A stretch of DNA of 64,000 bases from the human T2T-CHM13v2.0 reference genome, Homo sapiens, in the NCBI RefSeq assembly GCF_009914755.1, contig NC_060935.1; one strand, written 5' to 3'. Positions 15,613 through 33,554 of the stretch are shown here, piece by piece; positions within the stretch are counted from its first letter, which is position 1, and the number at the start of each line of letters is the position of its first letter. Position numbers and translations under genes: made by a program. Below the pieces are notes generated by a model that was not told the origin of the DNA, made no database searches, and saw nothing but the letters and a program-made list of their open reading frames with translations.

Positions 15613-18600
15613 GTAGGGCAACCACTTATGAGTTGGTTTTTGCAATTGAGTTTCCCTCTGGGTTGCATTGAGGGCTTCTCCTAGCACCCTTTACTGCTGT
15701 GTATGGGGCTTCACCATCCAAGAGGTGGTAGGTTGGAGTAAGATGCTACAGATGCTCTCAAGTCAGGAATAGAAACTGATGAGCTGATTGCTTGAGGCTT
15801 TTAGTGAGTTCCGAAAAGCAACAGGAAAAATCAGTTATCTGAAAGCTCAGTAACTCAGAACAGGAGTAACTGCAGGGGACCAGAGATGAGCAAAGATCTG
15901 TGTGTGTTGGGGAGCTGTCATGTAAATCAAAGCCAAGGTTGTCAAAGAACAGCCAGTGAGGCCAGGAAAGAAATTGGTCTTGTGGTTTTCATTTTTTTCC
16001 CCCTTGATTGATTATATTTTGTATTGAGATATGATAAGTGCCTTCTATTTCATTTTTGAATAATTCTTCATTTTTATAATTTTACATATCTTGGCTTGCT
16101 ATATAAGATTCAAAAGAGCTTTTTAAATTTTTCTAATAATATCTTACATTTGTACAGCATGATGACCTTTACAAAGTGCTCTCAATGCATTTACCCATTC
16201 GTTATATAAATATGTTACATCAGGACAACTTTGAGAAAATCAGTCCTTTTTTATGTTTAAATTATGTATCTATTGTAACCTTCAGAGTTTAGGAGGTCAT
16301 CTGCTGTCATGGATTTTTCAATAATGAATTTAGAATACACCTGTTAGCTACAGTTAGTTATTAAATCTTCTGATAATATATGTTTACTTAGCTATCAGAA
16401 GCCAAGTATGATTCTTTATTTTTACTTTTTCATTTCAAGAAATTTAGAGTTTCCAAATTTAGAGCTTCTGCATACAGTCTTAAAGCCACAGAGGCTTGTA
16501 AAAATATAGGTTAGCTTGATGTCTAAAAATATATTTCATGTCTTACTGAAACATTTTGCCAGACTTTCTCCAAATGAAACCTGAATCAATTTTTCTAAAT
16601 CTAGGTTTCATAGAGTCCTCTCCTCTGCAATGTGTTATTCTTTCTATAATGATCAGTTTACTTTCAGTGGATTCAGAATTGTGTAGCAGGATAACCTTGT
16701 ATTTTTCCATCCGCTAAGTTTAGATGGAGTCCAAACGCAGTACAGCAGAAGAGTTAACATTTACACAGTGCTTTTTACCACTGTGGAATGTTTTCACACT
16801 CATTTTTCCTTACAACAATTCTGAGGAGTAGGTGTTGTTATTATCTCCATTTGATGGGGGTTTAAATGATTTGCTCAAAGTCATTTAGGGGTAATAAATA
16901 CTTGGCTTGGAAATTTAACACAGTCCTTTTGTCTCCAAAGCCCTTCTTCTTTCCACCACAAATTAATCACTATGTTTATAAGGTAGTATCAGAATTTTTT
17001 TAGGATTCACAACTAATCACTATAGCACATGACCTTGGGATTACATTTTTATGGGGCAGGGGTAAGCAAGTTTTTAAATCATTTGTGTGCTCTGGCTCTT
17101 TTGATAGAAGAAAGCAACACAAAAGCTCCAAAGGGCCCCCTAACCCTCTTGTGGCTCCAGTTATTTGGAAACTATGATCTGCATCCTTAGGAATCTGGGA
17201 TTTGCCAGTTGCTGGCAATGTAGAGCAGGCATGGAATTTTATATGCTAGTGAGTCATAATGATATGTTAGTGTTAATTAGTTTTTTCTTCCTTTGATTTT
17301 ATTGGCCATAATTGCTACTCTTCATACACAGTATATCAAAGAGCTTGATAATTTAGTTGTCAAAAGTGCATCGGCGACATTATCTTTAATTGTATGTATT
17401 TGGTGCTTCTTCAGGGATTGAACTCAGTATCTTTCATTAAAAAACACAGCAGTTTTCCTTGCTTTTTATATGCAGAATATCAAAGTCATTTCTAATTTAG
17501 TTGTCAAAAACATATACATATTTTAACATTAGTTTTTTTGAAAACTCTTGGTTTTGTTTTTTTGGAAATGAGTGGGCCACTAAGCCACACTTTCCCTTCA
17601 TCCTGCTTAATCCTTCCAGCATGTCTCTGCACTAATAAACAGCTAAATTCACATAATCATCCTATTTACTGAAGCATGGTCATGCTGGTTTATAGATTTT
17701 TTACCCATTTCTACTCTTTTTCTCTATTGGTGGCACTGTAAATACTTTCCAGTATTAAATTATCCTTTTCTAACACTGTAGGAACTATTTTGAATGCATG
17801 TGACTAAGAGCATGATTTATAGCACAACCTTTCCAATAATCCCTTAATCAGATCACATTTTGATAAACCCTGGGAACATCTGGCTGCAGGAATTTCAATA
17901 TGTAGAAACGCTGCCTATGGTTTTTTGCCCTTACTGTTGAGACTGCAATATCCTAGACCCTAGTTTTATACTAGAGTTTTATTTTTAGCAATGCCTATTG
18001 CAAGTGCAATTATATACTCCAGGGAAATTCACCACACTGAATCGAGCATTTGTGTGTGTATGTGTGAAGTATATACTGGGACTTCAGAAGTGCAATGTAT
18101 TTTTCTCCTGTGAAACCTGAATCTACAAGTTTTCCTGCCAAGCCACTCAGGTGCATTGCAGGGACCAGTGATAATGGCTGATGAAAATTGATGATTGGTC
18201 AGTGAGGTCAAAAGGAGCCTTGGGATTAATAAACATGCACTGAGAAGCAAGAGGAGGAGAAAAAGATGTCTTTTTCTTCCAGGTGAACTGGAATTTAGTT
18301 TTGCCTCAGATTTTTTTCCCACAAGATACAGAAGAAGATAAAGATTTTTTTGGTTGAGAGTGTGGGTCTTGCATTACATCAAACAGAGTTCAAATTCCAC
18401 ACAGATAAGAGGCAGGATATATAAGCGCCAGTGGTAGTTGGGAGGAATAAACCATTATTTGGATGCAGGTGGTTTTTGATTGCAAATATGTGTGTGTCTT
18501 CAGTGATTGTATGACAGATGATGTATTCTTTTGATGTTAAAAGATTTTAAGTAAGAGTAGATACATTGTACCCATTTTACATTTTCTTATTTTAACTACA

Positions 18601-18938
18601 GTAATCTACATAAATATACCTCAGAAATCATTTTTGGTGATTATTTTTTGTTTTGTAGAATTGCACTTCAGTTTATTTTCTTACAAATAACCTTACATTT
18701 TGTTTAATGGCTTCCAAGAGCCTTTTTTTTTTTTGTATTTCAGAGAAAATTCAGGTACCAGGATGCAATGGATTTATTTGATTCAGGGGACCTGTATTTC
18801 CATGTCAAATGTTTTCAAATAAAATGAAATATGAGTTTCAATACTTTTTATATTTTAATATTTCCATTCATTAATATTATGGTTATTGTCAGCAATTTTA
18901 TGTTTGAATATTTGAAATAAAAGTTTAAGATTTGAAAA
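15613..18938 (+). other. RAG1: RAG1 3'UTR (about 3.3 kb, AU-rich)
   Basis: Follows the stop codon with no obvious interspersed repeat and ends just after AATAAA 18916-21. The cleavage site is approximate. Confidence 0.8.
18916..18921 (+). terminator. RAG1: RAG1 distal polyadenylation signal AATAAA
   Basis: Canonical hexamer followed by GT/T-rich sequence; consistent with the roughly 6.5 kb RAG1 mRNA. Confidence 0.75.
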
Positions 18939-19178
18939 TGGTATGTATTATAATTTCTATTCAAATATTAATAATAATATTGAGTGCAGCATTTAAAAAT
19001 TAACGTCTTTTACTTTGAGAGAAATACAGAATAAATTTGGTGGTCTTTGGATTAAAGGACAATAGAATAATGATTATGTGTAAAATTTATCCTAATGTAG
19101 GATGAAACAATTTTTTCCCCCAGATACATAGGATAAATAGTAAATCTTTTTGTTTATTAACTTTTTTGAGACTGGTGA

Positions 19179-21941
<2,763 letters not shown>

Positions 21942-24900
21942 CTTATACACTCAAAATTTTGGTCAGAGTTGTTGACTTTTCCAGGGTCACTCAGAAAATG
22001 GCAGAACTGGCTACAGTCCAAGTGCTTTTAGTCAGTGCTTTTAATAATAGTAATAAATAATAGTAATAATAGCTACCATTTTCCAAACATTTTTTTGCTA
22101 ACCACTTTGCATACATTTTCTTATTTGATCCTTTTGAGGTGGATACTCCTATTATCTCCATGTTACACTTGAAATAACTGAAGCTTATCTCAGCTAGAAA
22201 ATGGCAGAGCCACATCCACACATTTTTAAGTACCATAGACCCACCTTAGCTGCAGGCTTCCCAGCTCCCTTCCAGTCAGGGCTGAGATTCAGTCTGGCTG
22301 TCTCTCCACAGCTATACCATTTTTTAAAAAATATTGAAACATGTTTGTATTTGTAGGTAAATAGCCCTGTGGCCCAAGACCCAAGTGCCCTTATGCTACT
22401 CTCGCAGCCCTTCTCCATCTTTCAGGAACTGTGGATCACTCCACAATCCAGCAAGTAACTTGCAGCACTGCCGGAGGCCTCTGGACCTGGGTTTTTAAAT
22501 ATTTGAATATTTGAGTGCTATCTCTACCTTTCAGAATGTAGCACCTTTTTACCTTTTAAGACCCAGGTAAGGTCTGCATCCTTCTCACCCTTTCTAGTTA
22601 CTTCAGCCTATATATTAAATACATATTTGTAAGATGCCTTCTATGGGCAATGTGGGCTTGGCACAGGAGATACAGTGGTGAAGAACATAGACAGTTTCTG
22701 CTCATAAACAGCTAGGGAGGGATAGACTTCAAATCAACAATAAGACTCTAAATGCATAGCCGCACACTAGTAGGTGTTATGAAGGAAAAACACTAAATGT
22801 GATCAGAGCACAATAGGTGCATTATGAAGTATGATAGGACAATAGAATTTAACCTGCGGTATCAGAGAAAGCATCTAGGAAGAAGGAACTTTTCAGTGGA
22901 GACTGGGAGAATGAGTGGGTGAGGTCAGGTAGGTTACCTGGATGGAGTGAGAGACCTGGAGTAAACTTAGCCTGTGGGAAGACTCTGTGAGGAGAGAGCA
23001 ATTGTCAGTGTTTAGGACCTGAAGGAAGGTAAGTGCACAGGAGCAGCCTGAGGGAGGCGCTGCTCTGGAGAATCAGGCAGAGGTTTTATCATGCAGGACC
23101 CAATGGACTTGAGTCCCACCAGAAGTGCAAATGGAAAAACTACTGAAGAGTTTGAGGCAGGCCATGAGTCGATCCACACCACACCAGCAGTGGGGCACAA
23201 GTGAAATGCTTTTGGAAGCTATAAAGTGTGAGGGAATTGATCCAAGTTTAAGAAGCGTTATGCATATAAATCTAAATGATGGAGTAGCAATTTCAAGCAT
23301 TTTTTTTCTCTTCAATGATACCCTGCCTCCTAATTCACATGTCTCACTTCTTTAGATGACTGTGCCCAACTCAAGGCAGGAGGAGATGAAGGAAGGTTCT
23401 GCAGTCCTTGATAGCCTCATTTTTAAAAATGAAGTCAGCGTTTCTTTCTCTGGCTTTTTTCCTTGTTTCTTTGGAAATTTTCTTTTTTCCCCCTTTTGGC
23501 CTTTATATAATCTTTTTCTTCTTTTTGATGATGACAACATATTTGTGCCATTGCAAAATACATACCAACTTACTTGGAGGCCAAGACCTGCAAATTATTT
23601 TTATACTAAGGTCTGATCAAGGTCTAAATAAATACCTAATCTCACATAGATTTTTTTCATCTTTTTCCTCAAGAAACTAATACACTTTCATAATACAAAG
23701 TTGATGATTATCCATATTTTGCACACACACAAACCCTACCTCTTTTGCGTTATCACTATACATTTTGCATAGCATTTCAAATAGTCTTTTCTACATTTCC
23801 AGTTATCTTGGTCACAACATCTCTTCAGCAGGGCAAAAGAAAACACAGGTAACTTAGAAATACTTTAGCCCAATTTCTTAATTTTCCCAGTATATCCCAA
23901 GTTAAAGGAAAAAATGAACTGTTATTGCACGGACAGCCTGGACTACACAGTTTCAAATTTGTCACCCATTGCTATGAGTTTATTATTCTATTGTCCACAA
24001 CTCTCTTGTCCTGCCCCTTTTCCCCATTCTATAGTGAGAGTATTGATTCACTAAAGGTGAGTCTGATGTTTTATATTTCTTTTGCAGTTCTCATAATATT
24101 TAATGTGAATCTTGGATTTTCAATAAATGCTTACTGATGGATACCCTGAATGAGCCTACTGGTAGAGGAATTGAGCCATGGATTCAGGGGATTTTTATTC
24201 TTAACCAGCCTCTTAAAAGGACTGGTATTGATAACTTTTCTATTCTCACAAATTGTGATTTAAGTGAATACACACATTTTTTTTGGATTGATATCTGGAG
24301 ACAGGATGAAGAATTGCTTTTCTTAGAAGTAAGTGTGCAATGTTAGATGTTTGTTGACAGAATTAGGTTTGAAAAATGTGCTATCATCTATGGTAAAGTC
24401 CAAGTCAAAAAGCAGTATTCTATGCTAGAGTGGAGTTTTGTGGCATGTAAGTAATTTGGAATTCTTGTCACTGTGTATTACAACGGCTGTCTATTCTATT
24501 AAAATTTACCATGATATCTATTTTAATCCTGTGTGATCTCTTTTCACCAGAAAGGAGAATAAATATAACCTAAGAGCTCATCTCCTTCTGTGAATTTTGC
24601 TGTACTTTTGATTTCCAAGTTCTGTGAGATATTTTAATTGATCAAGATATTTGGAACACATAGTTTATTTCCACAGCTCCTCCTTCATGTATTAAAGAAT
24701 CAGAAAGATAGTAAGACAATAGCTGCAGAAGTGAATAAATTTCAGTCCCTATAGAGTGAACGTAATTCAATTCAATGAATATTCATTGAGCAACTATAAT
24801 GTATGAGAAGCTATGCCTTCTGTTAAGAACATGCAACTGAGAAAGAAACTTTCCTTTCTTTTAAGGAGCCCATTATCAAATAGCTTCTCTATTTGAAGAT

Positions 24901-25379
24901 CAGGCATATACATAAATGTTTATAAGTTGACAGGTGCTATAAAAAGAGATGGTTTGGATAGAGAGGTGAATATTCCACACTTTTTAAACGAAAGGCTTTA
25001 CAGAGAAGAACTAAATCTTGAAAGATGATAGTTATTAACCAGGGAGAAGGACTTTTCAGGTGGAGGATTTCCAGCATTGATAGAGAATGAGTACTAGCAG
25101 TGTGTGTGTAGAGGGAAGGATGGGCCTACAGAATCATATTTTGCCTTAGTGAGACATTTGGATTTTTTTTTCTCATGGAAGATGGGAAAGCACTGATGAA
25201 AGAGTTTTCATCAGTGAAACATCAGATTTTTATTTTTGAATGTTCATTGTGGTCTCAGTACAGTTAGAGGATTGGAAGGAGACAAGGTGAAGGCAGGGAG
25301 ACCAGTTAGGAGATTGTTTAAATAGTAAAGGCAAAAGGTAATAAAAGGTAAGAAAAGCAGTGGCAATGAATATACACAG

Positions 25380-25736
25380 TGTGTATATTAGTCCGTTTTG
25401 ACACTGCTGATAAAGACATAATTGAGACTGAATAATTTATACAGGAAAAAGAATTTAATGGTCTTACAGTTCCATGAGGCTGGGGAGGCCTCACAATCAA
25501 GGCAAAAGGCAAGGAGGAGCAATTCTTGTCTTATATGGAAGGCAGCAGCAAAGAGAGAGCTTGTACAGGGAAGCTCCACCTTATAGAGCCATCAGATCTC
25601 ATGAGACTTATTCACTATCATGAGAAAAGCAAGGGAAAGACCTGCTCCTGTGATTCAGTTACCTCCCACCAGTTCCTCCCATAACACATGGGGATTCAAG
25701 ATGAGATTTGGGTGCAGACACAGCCAAACCATATCA
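25380..25736 (-). mobile_element. THE1-type MaLR solo LTR
   Basis: Runs from ...tattagtccgtttt to ccaaaccatatca, with 5-bp TSD CACAG at 25375-79 and 25737-41. Confidence 0.88.
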
Positions 25737-25841
25737 CACAGCATGTACTTTTGTTTTAGCTTACAAGAGCTATTCTGGTACCATTCATTACTATTTCAGG
25801 GTAAATGGGGCTATTGCAGTTGGGATGTTTAAAATATATAC

Positions 25842-26290
25842 TGTGTCAGATGCTGGCTAAATGCTTGTCACTTACAGTTCCCTTTTATAGACACATAGTT
25901 AAACTACATTTCCCAGCCTCCTTGCATCTAGGTGGGGCCATGTGACTAGCTTTTGCCAATGAAAGTCAGAGAAAATGATTTTATCATTTGCAGGCTGAAA
26001 CATTTACAAGTGAGTGTGCCTTCCCCACATTTTCTCTTTCTCTTTCTTTCTTTTTTTCTTTTTGTATCTGAAGTCTTGGGGGACACATGATGGAGATAAA
26101 GATGGTAGAGTTGCCAAACAGAAAAAGCCTGGATCCCTGAGACAAATCTTGGAGGAGAGTCACTCAGGTGAATAACCTGATAAGAACACCTGCATTGGAT
26201 TTTCCATGAGCAAGAAATAAACTTTAAACGACTTACTGAAGTGTTTCAGAGTTTTTGTTACAGCAGCTAGTGTTAATTATCCTAATACAT
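25842..26290 (+). mobile_element. Old MLT1-type LTR
   Basis: Motifs ctacatttcccagcctccttgc, ggggccatgtgact and tttgttacagcagc...ctaataca. Confidence 0.6.
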
Positions 26291-26383
26291 ATTTTCCTAT
26301 TCTTACCTTTGCCATCAGCCAGAAGTTTGTTGGTTTCATTTAAGCTCATATCCCTTGCTTCTTTAGTTGCTTTAAGCTTTTAC

Positions 26384-26409
26384 TCTCTCTCTCTCTCTCT
26401 CTGTGTGTG

Positions 26410-26448
<39 letters not shown>
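26384..26448. repeat. Compound (CT)n(GT)n(AT)n(GT)n microsatellite
   Basis: Visible runs. Confidence 0.92.
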
Positions 26449-26450
<2 letters not shown>

Positions 26451-27022
26451 ATATCTATGCAATATCTATATAAACACATGTATATTTAGCACTAGGCACT
26501 CTGCTGGATACTGGAGATTCAATAATAATAAACAATTAAGATATCTGTCATGATGGAATTAAGAGATAAGAAGAGGAAAAGAGAAGTTATAAGTAATTAT
26601 AACAAATGTAACAAAGTATAATTAGTGTTCTGCTAGATAAAGGATACGTCACTTTGGTTACTCACAATAAAAGGCAGATGCAACTCAGTAATGTATTTAA
26701 TTCAATTCAGCTTAACAACACTTTGCCTAAGGTATACCAGGCATTATATTAAGTACTTGACATAAAAATAATAAAAAACATTGTTCTAGTCCTCATGAAA
26801 TGCATAGTTGTTTAGAAGAGTCAGACACTTAGAATACTTACCAAGTAGTACTTTTTTACTCATTTAGGTGTAACAACAGAAATAATTACAAGATGTTGAA
26901 GCAGTACCAGGGAGGATGTGATGGACCCTGTGTTATATAATACTGTGAGATAGTACTTGACTAGTTTTCCTCCTAGATCTTTCTTTTATTCAAGATTTGA
27001 GTGTGAAAAGTCTATGCTTTGG

Positions 27023-27361
27023 GAGCTGGTGCATTGGCTTATTCCCATAACCCTAGTACTTTGGGAGTCTGAGACAGGAGGATTGCTTGAGGCCACGAGT
27101 TCAAGATTAGCCTAGGGAAGATATGGAGACCCCATCTCTGCAAAAAATAAAACTATTAGCTGGGTATGGTGGTATGCACCTGAAGCTCTAGCTACTCGGG
27201 AGCTGAGGTCAGAGGATTTCTTGAGCCCAGGAGTTAGAGGTTGCAGAAAGCCATGATGGTGCCACTGAACTCTAGCCTTGTGTGACAGAGTGATACTCCA
27301 TCTCTAAATAAAAGAAATCTAAAAAGAAGAAAGAAAAAGAAAAAAAAAGAAAAAGAAAAAA
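27023..27361 (+). mobile_element. Alu (old, AluJ-like)
   Basis: Diverged dimer with A-rich tail; flanking repeat agtctatgctt. Confidence 0.9.
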
Positions 27362-29866
27362 TAGTCTATGCTTCATGGGGAAATGGAAAATATTAGCATT
27401 ATGTTTTGAAGAGTATCTGATGAGTAAGAGCTATTCTGTCATGCCCTCAGTCATTCAGTATTCATTCTTTCATGCAATAAATATGCATTTGGTAAGCATG
27501 ATGACAAGAAACTGTTTCCATACCTAGATAAAGATTTTTGAGAAGTGAATTCGAGACAAAGATGGAGTGAGTAGACAATGTGGGTCCCAGGGAAAAGAAC
27601 TCTTTGTACAATATACCTTGGGCTGAGCTGTGGAGTTGGGGAGAGCAATAGGAATCCCAGATTAGTTTCTGGGAGTCAGGAGCAGTGAGGATGTGCATCT
27701 TACTTCCGTGATAGGGCCCAGGAAAGCAGTAACATCCAGAGGTGAAATGGTAGTGATGTGTGTTTAGCCAGTGATAGTTCGGACGAGAATCTGTGGTCCA
27801 GAAAGCTGCAAGAGTAGTAAGATGTGCCCAAGAAAGGTACAGAAATAGACAATTTCCTAGATGGTCCCAAAGAGACCATTTGGCCATGCTGGGAAAGGAA
27901 GAGGCTGAATGATCTCCTTGTCATCATGTGAGCCCACCAGAGACCCAGAAAGCAGCATAGAGAGGGCTAGACATAAGGACGACTTGCAGTGAAGACTGGG
28001 CTGCAATTCAGGATCATCCTCCAAGTCTGATAATGGCAATGGATGTTGTAGCTGAAGTTAATGAGGAGGAATGATGACCCTAAGGACCAGACACTTCACC
28101 CTTCCTCACCCCTCTCCTGACAACTCAGCATTATATTTCTCCCTGGAACTTGGATGAAAGGTTGGGTAAAAATAGGTAGAACTCTAAAATTGTTGAAATT
28201 GTATTTCCAGCATACAGTCAAAGAGATGCATAATACAATGTAAGCTGAGTTAGAGAAAAATACAGCCAGGTTTATTTCTTGCACCCTGAGTATGTAAGCT
28301 GTAAAAGATAGTGGGTTCAGAGAAGGCTTCTAGAGGGAGGAGGTATCTAAACTAGGATGTAAAGAGTGAATAGAACTGGGCCAGATGGACCAGGGCATTA
28401 GCAGGAGCTGCAAAGTGCAAGAGGGAAAGTATTCTCTGCAGAAGGAACAGCTTGCTCAAAGGCCCTGGGGTTTGAAACAACCAGGGGTACTCACTAGGAG
28501 TGTTATCAGTTTGGCATTTTGGAAATTGAGTATAAAGTGCGAAGTGAGTAGTGGGGCTAAGAAATAAGCCAGGAGGGAACAGGTCAATGGACCGTTCATA
28601 CTATGCTAAATGAGTGATTTATCTCTTTACCAAACTTCAAGTTCTTCGTTTTATCAATTTATGGTCTACCAAAAAGAGTATTATTTCTGACAAATCTGAT
28701 CTTATAATTTGACTTTCAATGCAAGATGAGATCACATACCATCAATTATATCTTCTAATCTAGATTGTTTTATTAATCCTCTTATTAACCATAATTCAAG
28801 ACCATTAGTCTTCCTCCCATCAGGCTACCTAAAATATTTTTATGTAGTCCTTGACGATGTGTCATCTAGATTTTGTATTTGTCAGTTGGAATGTGTATTA
28901 TGTATGTTTATTATGGTAAAATCTCTGGCAAATACCCTCTTAAATAATTTTTACTCAGAGTGTCTGGATTTATTTCACAATGATAGAGAATAATGAAACT
29001 ATGTTTTTGAACACAAGTATAACAAGAGTATACATTATTTTTCAGTTTATAATAATGTGCTTGGCCCTTATAACTGCTTACTATATGGGCAGAGCAGAAT
29101 ATGATTTTATTTTACTGATGAAAAATTGGATCCCTGGCCCCTGCCTGCCTCTCTGGGCTCATGCCATTCCACCCCTACTTGTTTACTGTGTTTTAACCAG
29201 GCTGACCTTTCAGTTCTTCAAAAGTAGCAAGCTTCATCTCTCCCCAGAGCCTTTGGAATAACAATTTCTTTTTCTTTACACTTTCCCTTTCCCCTAACAC
29301 ATTGAACTCACCTGTACTTACAGATGTGTATAGTCCCCTAAAATGATTACCCTGGGAAGTCATATACTTATTTCTTGATACTACTCCTGTAGTCTTGTGC
29401 AAACAATTTTGAGACTTTCCTTTAAAACCCATTCATAAGCCATATCAGAAAATCCATTTTGTTAGCTTGTATTCACACTTTGTTTTTGACCTAAAGTGGT
29501 AGTGTAATACTGAAAATCTCACTCTGCTAGATTTCAAATGACACTTGTCTGTTTCCAGAAATTAAATCCATCTTTAATGAAGAAAGAGGTACAGCTGTTG
29601 AACATCTTCAAGGGAATGAATCATGGATTCTGAAGGTGATTGATTGAAATGTGAGTCCCTGAAACATTTTAGGCAAAGGCAATATTGTTGAAATAGGTGT
29701 CTGCTCTTCTAACATGGCTCATTTGAATGTTTGCATCAGCTTATTTGAAAAGCAGTGACCGTTATCTTAAAGTCACATCGAATAAACTGATTGCTGAGAT
29801 GACATAAAAAAGACTTAATTGTACTCAAATATATAATCTGTATAACCAATCTGCATGCTCTTGAAA

Positions 29867-29897
29867 CACACACACACACACACACGCACACACACAC
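29867..29897. repeat. (CA)n microsatellite
   Basis: Visible run with one interruption. Confidence 0.92.
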
Positions 29898-30773
29898 CCT
29901 CCCCCAAAAGCAGCTATACTGGTGAGATCTGAGTTTGACTATGAAATTCAGTGAGTTCACAACTGAATCACTTAGATTACCATATCTGGATCTCATTGGC
30001 TACAAAATAAATATGTGGTAATAATTCTTTAGCCACCAAATCACTGCAGACAAATCAAGAAGAGAGAATATACCTACTCCTTGGGGAAATTTCACTTTTG
30101 GACTCTGTAAAGGATATTTTCGCTCCAACTTGTGCCATTTTCTACTAACAAATAGAAAAAAAAATCAAAGTGGAGTGATCCTGAAAAAATTAGTTTAATT
30201 TTGCCGTTATTTAGGTAACATATCTTAATAATTAGAGTAAATCAATATAAATAGAAGATTTTTATATTTTATTATTTTTATATAGGTGATGGAAACAACA
30301 AAAGATCAAATCAATGTGCAACAACTGTTCAACAGGAATATTCAGCGAGCAACATTATTGAAACAGAGTGAATATGATTCAGTTTATCAAAGTTAATTTC
30401 AGTATCTGGGGACATGGAACTTTCAGCAGAAGAACTTGTACTCCAGCGTTTCATCTCTTGCATAATTCATGTTTCCCGTAAATTTGTTAGTTGTACCTTA
30501 CACACTGTAGACTTTCAGTGAGGAGTAAGAGTCTTCACTGTAACTGTGGCTGAAGCTCTTAAGATAAGGTTTTTCCAGAAAATTTTTTTTTCCGGAAAAT
30601 ATTTCAGGAGGAAAGACATTTGTTTCTAAGGTCATCTAGTTATCAACTGATGTCTTGAACCCTTAAAATTAACAGTCATTTTAACTAGTTTCATCCTAGC
30701 GAGTGTCTAATTAGACCTTGGCAAGATCACTGATTTTATAATATTCACTGGCAGCAATCTCCACATGTTAACT

Positions 30774-30805
<32 letters not shown>

Positions 30806-30806
30806 A
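30774..30806. repeat. (CA)n microsatellite
   Basis: Visible run with one interruption. Confidence 0.92.
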
Positions 30807-31128
30807 AATACATTTCTTTTCCTCCATTTAAATCTTCTGCCTGTAAATGTCATGAAATTCTTTAAACTTACATTATTTTGGGAAATAATATTATTCTTCT
30901 CCATGAGATTTATTTGGTGGTCCTTTCTTATTGTATTCTTACTCACTTCCTTTTTCCAGAGTACTAAGTAGCAATGGGCTCCAGTTTTCCATGAAAATTC
31001 TCACAAATAATTAGTTCAAATGACTGACTTTGGCACATCATTCATGCATCATATAATGGGGAGGGGAAATCCTTAAAGAAAATGCATACAAGTAATTCAG
31101 GAAAACATGTCAAACTTGATGTAGATTA

Positions 31129-31134
31129 TTTATT
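31129..31134 (-). terminator. RAG2: RAG2 polyadenylation signal AATAAA
   Basis: TTTATT on the + strand about 625 nt past the stop codon. More proximal hexamers occur at 31377-82 and 31589-94. Confidence 0.65.
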
Positions 31135-31757
31135 TCTTCTTTTGTGTCAGTGGAGAACATTATCTATCTATATGTATACATATATTTATATTTATATCTA
31201 CATCTGTAAAGCTATGAGAAACTAACTTGTTCATGGGCATAATCCAAAGGGTTGCTTGAAGGTATATAAAGAACACTAATGTGGGATGTAGTAGATCTTG
31301 CTTTTAAGTTTTGGCCAACTGCCGAATTGTTATGTTGCACAAAATAATCAATTTAATTCTTTTGGGTGTTAATTTCTTTATTGGCTAAATTTGTCATAAA
31401 CACTTTATAGGTTATTTGTTACCAAGACTCATATAATAAATATAAACATACCTCGATGATTATTACTGCTTCTGGGTGTTTAAGGTTTGTTGAATAAAAA
31501 ATCAGATCAGAAATCCTCAGTGAAGAATAAATTAGTAAATTGAGTATTTGGGTAAAATATTTTCAAAATGTATAGGGTCTAGAATGACTTTATTTATCAT
31601 TGCATTATAAACACTTTTTTCTGGCCCTTAATTCATGTAACTAAAAGAAAACATAGGCATTTTAAATAAACAAAAATGTATTTTTAAAATCAATGTTATG
31701 ATTTTAAAAATAGATTCAAAAATTCCATACACCTGAATCTGAAAGGCTTTTGCAAAA

Positions 31758-33377
<1,620 letters not shown>

Positions 33378-33554
33378 TTATAAAATAAAATGACTTAGAG
33401 ATCGCTTCATATAATCATCGTATTTAGATTCCTTCACATGTGAATAGCATTTTTTTAAGTCCTCCCACACGCTTGCAGTGGGACTGAATGAGGAAAATCC
33501 AAGGAGTTAGGTCAGTAAAGAGCCACAGAACCTTTACTGCCATTCCATCCAAGG

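Noticed and set aside
18471-18496. Near-nonamer GGTTTTTGA plus GTGTGTG in the RAG1 3'UTR
   Set aside because: The spacer is 10 bp, not 12.
23046-23065. CTCF-like cctgagggaggcgctg between RAG1 and RAG2
   Set aside because: Four mismatches to the core, and it lies in L2-like sequence.
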